Position numbers and translations under genes: made by a program
Assembly: GCA_963726195.1 (NCBI GenBank)
Contig: CAVSBO010000003.1
Coordinates: 852,089-916,088, forward strand
Length of the DNA stretch: 64,000 bases
Source of the DNA: Candidatus Thorarchaeota archaeon
GTDB lineage: Archaea; Asgardarchaeota; Thorarchaeia; Thorarchaeales; Thorarchaeaceae
Direction: 5' to 3'
The notes under the pieces: model-generated
Databases searched by the model: none
What the model saw: only the letters and a program-made list of their open reading frames with translations
What the model was told of the DNA's origin: nothing
Shown: positions 54,553 to 64,000 of the stretch, piece after piece
Layout: each line of letters begins with the position of its first letter
Numbering within the stretch: the stretch's first letter is position 1

Positions 54553-54994
54553 TTCACCCTTCTTGGTGTGATCGATTCCTCTGGCTGATAAGTACCTGAT
54601 CTACACCCTGTTACAGCATCCACAACCCGGAACGGGTTTCCATGGTGGATAGCCCTGCTCATAAGACCTTCCTCTGATCTTACTGCTGCTGAGGCAACTG
54701 TATCCCAGTAGGCTAAGAGGGACTTATCCACGGTTTCAGACATCGAGAGCAAGGCGGGCTAATCACACAACCACATCGAAGGCCCGTGGCTACATTGCCT
54801 ATCCAAGTCATGAACGGCTCGGCACATGGTTTTTATCGGTGCTCATTCATGCATTTAGCAGTCGGATAATCCAATCGGGGAAGACTGGCACTTTCTGATG
54901 TGACCGCTTGTCTAGTTACCCATAGGCGGAGGCTTTGATTCACGTCCGTTAGAAGAGCCATCTCGTGCAATCTTGTCGGAGAGGTCTGAGCGAA

Positions 54995-55511
54995 ATGCCA
55001 TTGACGGTGTTCGATATACCGAGCAAATGCAGGTTCGATTTGATTCAAGTGACTCTGGAACAAGTTCGTGACGGAAGGTCAGCGGACTATCTTGCCAAGG
55101 TCATACACCAGCACATAAGACATGCACACTTCCTTTTGGAGAATGCCTACATTTTGGGCTTCATAAGTCGTGAGGGAAAGAAGCCGATGCTAACCCCGTC
55201 GGGTTCCAAGTTTCTTGAAGCGTCCAAGGAGAAAAAGGGTCTGATGTTAGCGAAGGCCATGCTAGAATCACGGGTAATGAAGTTCATTATCAAGCGGGCA
55301 GGATCATTTGGCAAAGCAACAAAGTCTTTCTACCCGGCAGATATCAAATATCTTGATGGAAACAACGGTGGTCCAAGCAGAGAGCAAGGAAAGAATCGAA
55401 AAAACAACGGCCGATAGAAGAGCCGTATCTGTCAAGGGATGGATACTTTGGCTGGAAAGGAACATACCAAAGATCGGCGGCGAGAATGCCGCACAGCTCA
55501 TCATCGCTTAG
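54995..55511 (+). CDS. Winged-helix protein of the type associated with restriction enzymes (one frameshift)
   Basis: RHAHFLLENAYILGFI...LTPSG...TADRRAVSVKGWILW. Confidence 0.55.
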
Positions 55512-55783
55512 CACACGCAGCCAGAGTCTCGGAGTGGAGAGGCTCGCAAGAGAACGGTTTCTTCTAGCGACGACGCATTTCGAGCCCCAACAGTAGTCAT
55601 ACGGTGATTACCGACTGAGCTCAACGAGAATCGCTCTTCCGCCTCTAGCGAAGTATGATCCCAAGATGTGAATTCAGTTGATATGGAATCCGTTAAATAG
55701 CTCGTAAACGGGGTTTGCTTGATTATGGGTTCTTTCTTAAGCCAAGTGAAGTAATCGCGGATAGACGCTCGGACACGATCAAC

Positions 55784-57051
55784 ATGACCCGCAACAAGTC
55801 ATACCTCTTGGTTGAACCTGAATTCCCAATTCCTACAAAGAGTAAGAATCACAAAGATTTCTTTCCAATCGGTCTGTTGAAACTCGCCACAATGCTCAAC
55901 AACCAAGGGAATAGGGTCCAGATTGTTGATGGAAACGTTCCGAAGGAGAAGCTTGAATTTACCCCAGATGAGGTATGGGTGACATCTCTATTTACCTACT
56001 GGTCAAAATACGTCAAACGCAGCGTTGAGTATTACGCAGCACTATTTCCGGAAGCGAAGACCGTCGTTGGAGGAATATACGCCTCGTTGATGCCAGAACA
56101 CTGCAAGGACTACACCAAGTGTGATAGCGTATTTGTTGGTGTGTATCCTGACGCAGAGGGCATTATGCCAAACTACGATCTGTTGCCCTCCAATCCTAAC
56201 CATGTTGACCTCCAAGTCGTCCATGCAACTCGTGGCTGCTCAAGGAAGTGTAGGTTCTGCGGCACTTGGAAGATAGAACCTAGGTTCGAGGCGAAAGACA
56301 GTCTCCTTCCTGAGATTGTAAAAAGAAGCTGGTATTCTACGACAACAATCTGCTGTGCCATCCTGAGATTGAGAGCGTTCTTGCAGAACTCATAGGACTT
56401 AGGAAGAAGAGGAAGATGCTATGGTGTGAAGCGCAGAGCGGGTTCGACGGCAGAGTCCTGCTTCAGAAACCACACTTGGGAAAGATGCTCAAAGAGGCAG
56501 GCTTTAGGTCTCCAAGAATAGCATGGGACTGGGGATATGAAGATAAGAAGAGTATCCGGAAGCAACTTGACATATTGGTAAAAGCAGGATACCCCTCGAA
56601 GGAGATAGAGGTCTTCTTTCTGTACAATTGGGATATACCTTTTGAGGAAATGGAGAAGAAAAGAATCCAATGCTATAGATGGGGAGTCCAGATAGCAGAC
56701 TGCAGATTCAGACCTTTGGACCAGACCTTCGACGAGTACAACCCTCGCATCAGGGGACAGACAAATGCAGACTATCACATCCACGAGAGTGCTGGTTGGA
56801 CAGACGATCTCGTCAAACAGTTCAGGATGAATGTGCGGAGGACCAACATATGCATCCGCCACGGATTCCCATTCCACTCAGGCAAATTCGAGAGAAAACA
56901 ACTGGATCTCGTTCACGCAAAGAGACTGAAGAGCCTCAAAACGTTCGCCCAGAAGGAAAGATACCTCATAAAGAACCGCATCGAGTATTGGTTTCCGGAT
57001 CGAGTCACGTACCCCAAGAACGAACAGACCTCCCTTGATTCGTTCGCCTGA
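55784..57051 (+). CDS. Cobalamin-binding-domain radical SAM protein with C-terminal PIP-like motif (one frameshift near 56330)
   Basis: FPIGLLKLA, VWVTSLFTYW, VVGGIYASL, TRGCSRKCRFC; ends NEQTSLDSFA. Confidence 0.85.
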
Positions 57052-57151
57052 ATTGTCGTACAGCTTCCAGTGCTAATGTGCAGTCGGGAACTGCTATAGA
57101 ATCAACAGCGGGTCAAAGGAGATGACCAGATAGATAGACACCCAGTGTCGT

Positions 57152-57592
57152 TCATGCCACAAGCATACGCCCGTCTATATCTCGATATTCCATGATGGGA
57201 GGGCTGTCACCCAATGCATTGCTCAGCAACTCTGCCCAGCATTCGGCGAAAGATTTTAGCTTGGAATGGCATCTGGGAGAATCCGAGTTGACTATCCAAA
57301 CGATCTTGATGACCTGTCCGACGAAGTGCATCTGAAGAGCCAAGTTGGTGACATGGAGACGTATGTGGTCTTCATTTGGTTCGTCTGGTTCAACCTCGGC
57401 AACAACAGTCATCCCGTCTTTCGACGTGCCCGCTCCATCCCATCTGAATATGACTTGTGTTCCCAAGGGTGATAGTCTTGTTTCTGGGTCGGCGTCCTTG
57501 AGACCCATGCTCTTCAAGATTCTGCTAGCTACTTTCTCGTGCTGGTGCAAATATGATTCCTCCAAAGGGCGAAGTATGGAACATGCTTTCAA
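57152..57592 (-). CDS. Small putative PD-(D/E)XK-like nuclease
   Basis: H..V...RWDG...VVAEVE pattern; 4-bp overlap with the DGQHR gene. Confidence 0.45.
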   Translation of the reverse strand: MKACSILRPLEESYLHQHEKVASRILKSMGLKDADPETRLSPLGTQVIFRWDGAGTSKDGMTVVAEVEPDEPNEDHIRLHVTNLALQMHFVGQVIKIVWIVNSDSPRCHSKLKSFAECWAELLSNALGDSPPIMEYRDIDGRMLVA

Positions 57593-58689
57593 GCAGGTCG
57601 CATCACTCTAGAAACGAGGGAATCTCTCAGAAGGCGCAGGAGATCTGTAATGCCGCCCTCTCCCCTATACTGGCTTGCGGTTCCGCCCTTGCGCCAATAG
57701 TCAGAGTAGCTGCCCTCGTCCATGAAACGGATGTATTTCAGGAACTTCCTCATCGTTAGCTTGGCCCATTGCTTAGGAGGAGAGAAGCGAAGGGTGACCC
57801 TGAGGAGCTCGTTCACTACTCTGAATGCAACCGTATTGCCCTGAAGCACGAAGTTCCCTCGTGTGGAAGGCTGAAAGGCCTCCGGGCAGGCTGTGGCCCA
57901 AGCACTCCACCATTCGTTGATCAAGCGAAGCAGGTCAGAGTCATCCATTTGCCCTATAAGCTCATCACTCAGGAATGACTTCTTTATTCCCTCGGTGACA
58001 GTGCGTTGCGATATCACACCTGGGCTTCTTCCTCCCCCGGGCACCTTTATCGAGCTTATGCCAAACTGAACCGGGATTGGAGTTGAGCTTGCTCGAATCT
58101 CCACTGCCCTCTGGGTCATCTCCGCATCGGGTGTTGGTATGACCTCCTTCAGCTCCTTGCGCTGGGCAGGCGTGAGCCGGGCCACAAAGCGATCATGCAA
58201 GTCGGCCCGGACCTTCTTCTGCGTCCGATTGATTACGACGAATTGCTTTGCCTCGCAATAAGATGGATCACGTTCACCAAGATCTCGATGGAAGATCACA
58301 ACAGCGGGCAGACTATAGTCGGCGTCCGGCTTTTGGACCAAGGCCTTCCGAATCCCCGATATTCGATGCTGCCCATCGACAATGTACAGGGTCGCATCGT
58401 CTGGGATCGTAAGGATTCCAAGCGATAAGCCAGAATTCAAAGGCTTGAAATGGATAGGCTTTCGAACAGCCAGCAGGATGCTAGGTGGAGACACATTCTT
58501 CTTGTTCAGAATGAACCTTGCATACAAGCCAGCCCTATAGCTAGACATCTCCCTTTGATACCCGGTCTTGTTGTGAGGACTCCATGAGTCAACTTGAAGC
58601 CTGTGTTCATCGGCAAGCGTACTCGCGTTAAGGAAGGTTATGTACATCTTCATCCCGTGTTGGGTGAAGACCAAGGCTGGCAGGTCCAC
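57589..58689 (-). CDS. DGQHR-domain (DndB/DpdB/ParB-like) protein
   Basis: GYQR, LYIVDGQHRISG, QFVVINRTQKKV. Confidence 0.9.
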   Translation of the reverse strand: MDLPALVFTQHGMKMYITFLNASTLADEHRLQVDSWSPHNKTGYQREMSSYRAGLYARFILNKKNVSPPSILLAVRKPIHFKPLNSGLSLGILTIPDDATLYIVDGQHRISGIRKALVQKPDADYSLPAVVIFHRDLGERDPSYCEAKQFVVINRTQKKVRADLHDRFVARLTPAQRKELKEVIPTPDAEMTQRAVEIRASSTPIPVQFGISSIKVPGGGRSPGVISQRTVTEGIKKSFLSDELIGQMDDSDLLRLINEWWSAWATACPEAFQPSTRGNFVLQGNTVAFRVVNELLRVTLRFSPPKQWAKLTMRKFLKYIRFMDEGSYSDYWRKGGTASQYRGEGGITDLLRLLRDSLVSRVMRPA

Positions 58690-58953
58690 TGAATCCCCTC
58701 AAGCTATTCCGGGACTCATCCGACCCTCCCTTAAATTGTTTGCTAGTCGCGATAGGACTCGGTTCGGTCTGCTTCCCTGATGCCTAGACTCAGTTTTCTG
58801 GAGAACCTTATCCTCTTGAGATCAGAGACTCACCGAATTCTGTCACTTGGGATGTGCGTTATCATTTCCTGCACCACGTTCTCCTCTTGAGATCGGTTGG
58901 GTAATCATGGCAAGGGGCACGGTAGTATCCACTCGCCAGTTGGCCTCTATTGA

Positions 58954-59169
58954 ATGGCTAACACCTGTCTGGGCGATTGTCTGACCCGCAAACATCCATT
59001 CAGTCAGGAATGCGACGAGTGTCTTAGCTTGTGCACGAACAGCGAGAATCACATCACCCCAAGGAACGGGCCAGTAGAAGAAGAGACGCAGGGCCTGAGG
59101 AAGAAACTCAAGATTCATTCGACAAAGACTGGGGAACAAAGACAAACGCCGCAGAGAATATCTCAGTAG
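58954..59169 (+). CDS. Small Cys-rich hypothetical protein
   Basis: CLGDC...CDECLSLC; ATG start. May be spurious. Confidence 0.35.
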   Translation: MANTCLGDCLTRKHPFSQECDECLSLCTNSENHITPRNGPVEEETQGLRKKLKIHSTKTGEQRQTPQRISQ

Positions 59170-59384
59170 CAGAAGCAGCCCATCTTGGAATGGGACTTAA
59201 CGAAGCTGCAGGATGCAAAGTCTAGCACGATTTGCGCATCTGCCGGCCGACTGATACCCACCGCTTGGAGGGCTGCCGAAAACCTGACGATTATTGACGC
59301 ACTCCAAACTGGCAAGAGAACGCTGCCAGCTGGCCTTAAATAGAGGATTATGCAAGCGAGTCGCAGTTGGAGTTGTGGTGCGGA

Positions 59385-60946
59385 GTGCCGCAATCGGATG
59401 TAGCAGAGTCTCCAGAGTTAATAAGGGATCCGATATACGATTACATTACTGTGTCGGAGTCTGAAAAGAGAGTCATAGACTCGCCGCCTTTCCAACGGCT
59501 TAGAAGGATATCACAGCTGACAATCAGGGTATCTGGTCTATCCGGGAGCCACGCATACGCGCTTCATTCATAGCCTTGGTGTGATGCATTTGTGTGGGCT
59601 TTTTGTCGACAGCCTCAAAGAAGGACTAGGGAGTTACATGGATGGATCATACGACCACGACAGATTCAGATCGTTTATGCGCGTACTGGGCCTTCTTCAT
59701 GACCTTGGTCACGGCCCCTGGAGTCACAATTTTGATGTTGAGATTCTAGGAAGACTGTACTCTAATAATGCCCTTAGGCAGTCAGTCTTGGGTAAGAGAA
59801 CTCTCCTCGGGATGAATCATGAATTCGTCGGCGCCAGCCTAGTGAAGGCTTCCCTCAGTGCAAACGATAACGGGCTTGCGGAACTGGGAACTGCGCTTCG
59901 CGATTTCGATCCTGATATTGACCCTGACGAGCTGTGTAAGGAACTGCAGGGATCAAGACCCCCGGTTTCCGACGTTGCTGGGAAGGAAAGCAAGGAAACG
60001 CGTCTCACCCCAAGGGAATCGATAATCCATTCGATTCTGCGAGGAGCATACTCTGCGGATCGTATTGATTTCCTCCTCAGAGACTCGTACTACGCAGGAA
60101 CCAAGGAATATGGTACCATAGACTGGAGAAGGCTCATCAACACGAGCTATGTGGGAGAAACCGCAGTCGGGAAAGTAGGTCTCTTCCTTCAGAAACGTTC
60201 AGTCCACACGCTGTTTTCCTTCATGGTAGCGTATCATTCGATGTTTTCGGCGGTTTACTACCACAGAACTTGCAGGATTGTAAACTTGCTTACTGGAGAG
60301 TTCCTAAGAGAACTGTTCATAGACGACCAGAAGGAAACCCGAGATTCAGATGTTTCGAAAGACGAGTCTGAAGAGGCGAACGATAACCGAATTGTCAGGT
60401 TCCTGACTGACCCCGAGGAATTCATAGGTCTAGATGAGCACAGTGTGGTCTGCCTAGGACTAGGGAGCCCGAATCCTTCAACGGCGCAGCTTGCCAAGAG
60501 AATCACGGAGAGGAAGCTGCCGTACAAGTTGCTGGAGGAAAAGTACTGGAAACCCACGCTCGGGTTGTTTGATCTGAAGGAGGCCCAGAAGATGCTCGAC
60601 GGCAACTCCTCCGACATTAGGAAAGAAATGGACGACTACTTAGAGCAAGATAATGTAGCGGATTGTTGGTACTACATCGACCATCCTGCGGGCAAGGAAT
60701 CTACCAGAGGCAACACCCGTCAGCTTCGAGGATGCAGTGAGGGTGGTCGAGGGTGGAATCCCAGTCGATGCATTCGCTGTATATCCTCCTTTGAGGGTAT
60801 TTCAGAGTCCCACTTTTCTGATCCGTGTGTTCGTTAAGGAAGATTGTGACGAAACTACCAAAGAGAAGCTCAAGCAAGCCTTCTGGCATGCTCTAAGAGA
60901 AAAACCTGAGCAGAGCTTGCTAACTCCTGATCATACATCTATGTAG
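59385..60946 (+). CDS. HD-domain phosphohydrolase (SAMHD1/YwfO-like dNTPase), two frameshifts
   Basis: IRDPIYDYI...FQRLRRISQL, YPGATHTRF.HSLG, LLHDLGHGPWSH, DRIDFLLRDSYY, VYYHRT. Confidence 0.9.
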
Positions 60947-61455
60947 ATCGTGATCGACTACTGCGAGGCACTAAGGCCGGGTATCGAGCCCTAACCGCTG
61001 CTCCAAGAGTTTTCATGAACTTCGGCTCGCCAATCACCTTTGCACTATCAAAATCCCCGCTCGCTGCAAAAGATAGGTAGGTCGAGATATGCCTAGCATC
61101 CTCCAGAGAGATTGAAGAGAGTTCCCCTTCGATTCCTCTCAAGTATCTTCAGCATCGTGCTGTACTGCTCTTTGAGATGCCTATCTTCAACAAACTGTCG
61201 CCCTTTCTCAGTTAGTCTCACTGTGTTTGGCCCCATGCTGTCCTCGACAAGACCGAGCTCAATAAGCAGAAATATGTCCTTCCTCAATTCTGCACTATAG
61301 GGCCCAATGAAATCAACTAGATAGCGGTAGAAATCCGGCTCTTGGTTCAGTTTTTGCCATAAGTACACCAAAGCATGCAGCTTGTCGATTGACTCAACTT
61401 CGCCAACTGTGGCAAGAAAGGCCAACAGGCCGTCAACCCTATTCAGACCTTCCAA
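60939..61455 (-). CDS. YwgA/DUF4065-like winged-helix protein (one frameshift)
   Basis: KLHALVYL...Y....GPYSAEL..DI..L...GLV...LTEKG. Confidence 0.7.
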
Positions 61456-62338
61456 TCCCGTGCTCTCCTCACATTCGCGCTTCAGTCCAAGATATAGGCT
61501 CCGCGCAGACCATTGGCTTTGTCAGCTGTCATCTGATGTGCACAACCTACAGAAAAGTGTATTGGCGAAGTCCTCGCTTTCGGCCAAAGAGGGCACAGGA
61601 TCTGTGCTTCTGCAAAACGCTACGGCTGGACAGTCCGTGGGATAACTGCTCCTCTGAAGGCACCATCCCGAAAACAGAGATTGATGCCCACTTCACGCGA
61701 GCTTGGGGAAGAGGATGTGGCCGGAAGATTGCAGATGTGAGAACATGAGGACCCATTCAGGCAGATCGGAAGATAGTGCACGGAGGCATCCAAAGGCGTG
61801 AGCCCGGGTGACATTCTCGCGAATAACAAGCCGTGTCTTCTGATGGAGCACAGTATCCTAACAAAACGAGGATCAAGACAATCAGAGAGCAGCCCGAGAA
61901 AAGTGCGTACCATTCGTCTAGACTCTCGAATCCTATTCAGCACGGTGATTTCATGCGGGAAGACTCTGCTCATCCTCCGACGATAGGCTTTTTGCACGTC
62001 ATGGAACGTATTCGAAAGAAGGCTGCCCAAAGGTGACAGCCAAAATACTCTTTGGCATACTCTGCCAATGATAAGATGGAGAATATGCGAATGCGGGAGA
62101 CGACTACCTTGAGTAGGAGAAGGCTCGTGGCTCTTGCCATAGTCGTCGTTACAGTCACTGCATCTGTGGGCACGTACATTCATGATAACCCCTCGGGAAT
62201 CACACCGATTGTTGACATCAAAACCGAAAGGTGGCAGTGGGAGACAATGTCATGATGAAGAGAAGAGTAGTAAGCGGCATCGCGTACAAGCAAGCGGCAC
62301 CGTCGTCGCTTGCGACTTGGCCTACATCCGCTCGCATA

Positions 62339-63920
62339 TTATGTGGATATTCCGAGTTCAATCAGCTCCTTGCAGATACCGATTTGCTCTTCAATGATTT
62401 TGGCCCTCTCTAGGTTGCTGAAGAATACCTTGACACCTGACATGTATTCTACGGAGCCTTTGCCGCCATATTCACCGAAAAGGTACCCTGTCTTATCCAG
62501 CTTCACGACTCCATAGAGCACACTGAGTGCAACCAAGAGGTCAACGAATCCTTGGTCCGTGATCTCGAGCGTTCGAGGTACATCATTTGGTGGTTCAAGG
62601 ATAAAGCATCCTAAGTGTTCGACGTTTCGACAATGGTTTTCCATGTTCGCTTCAGCAGAAAGGAGATTGACAGTTGCCCCTTTCTTGGTCGCGAAATCGC
62701 TCAGAGACTTCACAATGAATCTGTCTGCCTTCTCACGGTCAGATGGCAGGTCAGGACACTCGGCTCTCTCATGCGTTGGCCAACTCATCAGTTTGGATAG
62801 CTCCGAACCTGCCATCTTGGCAATCCTAGTTTCCAGCATGTTCCTATTGTGGAGCTCGTCCAGCAATCGTATCTTTCCGCCTTCACACGTGGCCTTTGCA
62901 GTGCGCATGTATTCGGCTAAGTACTTCGGGCCAATCTTGCGGTCAATCTCTTGAATCACGCCACCGGATGTGACGTACAGTAATTCACCGCGGCGTATCT
63001 GATTCGTTCTCTCAAATGAGTCCAGACAGGAGACGAGAACCGTCATAGAACAAGTTCGAGTCTAGAGAGAGATACCATTTGCCCAAGCCCGACTTCGGAT
63101 CGCGATATCTTCTGAAGCTATCAAGAAGAAACTTGCGGAACTCATCTGCATTCTTGTACCCCAAGATTCCGGAGAAGCATAGACAGTCGCGAAGCTGGGA
63201 GTAGTTGGGGTGGTCCCAGTCGATGTCCCTACACGCACGCAGACTTGCGTCGTATGTCAGTCGGTCCGTCAGCATGTGAACCTTTCTTTCAGACAGGTCC
63301 AATTCGAGAATATCGGCATTGAGAAGGGGGGCCTTCACTACGATTCTCACATTCTGCTTGTACGCATGGTTCAACAGGACCATTACGTGCTCACGTGCCA
63401 TTTGCAGTCCCGCCCATCCCGTGCCGGGGTCTAGGACCGCCTCTTTGGCGCACACAACGTTGCCCTTCAAATCTCTGAACTGGTGAATCCGCTTGGGTAT
63501 CATGAGATAGGGCTTGTTTGCATCTTCAGTGGTTTCGATTGTCAAATAGTACAGATGATCAAGACTATTCGCGAGTCCTAGAAGGGTGCCCACAACCAGC
63601 GTCTTTCTACCAGCAGTGATGTCGAGCGCGACTTCAGCGCCATCCTCCTTGAGTTTCTGCGCGACAAGTCTGGCTTGATCGCATGCGGCGCGCACTTGCC
63701 AGTCGGGCACCTCGACCTCCTCGACCTTCGGATTGCTAAAGGTCCGTTGGATTATTTCCAAGCCATTGATGATCGGCTTGATCACCTTGGAGTACTGGGA
63801 CTCATAGAAGAAGACAATCTTATCAGGTCTGAAGTCAGTTTCAGTCACAAGGGCATGAAATGAGTTCAGGACCGCCCACCCACTTCTGCCCATTAGCGTG
63901 ATGTAGGCCTGTTTGTTCAT
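62339..63920 (-). CDS. CARF-domain protein fused to a PIN-domain nuclease (~525 aa, one frameshift near 63040)
   Basis: N-terminal AYITLMGRSGWAVLNS...ALDITAGRK...LYYL (CARF); C-terminal LSLDSNLFY...VIQEI...ADRFIV...LLSAE (PIN). Confidence 0.75.
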
Positions 63921-64000
63921 TGGATAGCCCCTCCAGCATTTCCGCTAGATTCGCAACACTCCATTCCGCTGGATGACTCTCACATCCTTGTGCCACTTCT

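Noticed and set aside
57152-58689. Complete phosphorothioate (Dnd) or 7-deazaguanine (Dpd) system
   Set aside because: No dndC/D/E, dpdA or que genes in the window; the iscS at 14.4 kb belongs to an Fe-S/sulfur relay operon.
61460-62338. Short ORFs between the YwgA-like and CARF-PIN genes
   Set aside because: No motifs; 62052-62255 looks like a truncated signal-peptide remnant and cannot be supported as a gene.
3131-63863. Numerous antisense and alternate-frame ORFs in the six-frame track (e.g. 4067-4555, 19131-19655, 41252-41827)
   Set aside because: They overlap well-supported genes and lack recognisable motifs; treated as shadow ORFs.

Overview
Archaeal genomic DNA, probably Asgard/Thorarchaeia-like. 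This is inferred from archaeal TATA boxes, a geranylgeranyl reductase, a PIP-box motif and an Asgard-style small-GTPase-like ORF; no marker gene is present. About 17 otherwise intact genes carry single-base frameshifts, which looks like long-read indel error, so split ORFs were rejoined by eye. Three parts: (1) An 8.1-kb IS607-type element at 2884-11030 sits inside a DNA methyltransferase gene. Both junctions carry GGTT, the ends have 20-bp subterminal inverted repeats, and removing the element restores a 294-codon MTase. It encodes a serine transposase TnpA, an oversized (~690-710 aa) TnpB with all three RuvC acidic residues, and, divergent from tnpB, a ~1650-aa cargo protein with an AT-hook, a RecB/Cas4-like PD-(D/E)XK nuclease motif set and a degenerate P-loop-like domain. 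A multi-hairpin segment follows the cargo gene. This is the best candidate for an undescribed system. (2) Housekeeping and metabolic genes at 11.3-50 kb: HDAC, ADH, tusA-dsrE-iscS-iscU, transporters, P-type H+-ATPase, pstSCAB-phoU, an Mrp/DUF134/NifX cluster with a shared palindromic operator, and a large surface protein. (3) A defence/DNA-modification island at 50.5-64 kb: Dam, a second MTase, an HhH-GPD glycosylase-like protein where a restriction enzyme would be expected, a B12-radical SAM with a PCNA-binding motif, a DGQHR protein plus small nuclease, an HD dNTPase plus YwgA-like wHTH, and a CARF-PIN fusion. No rRNA, tRNA or CRISPR array was recognised.
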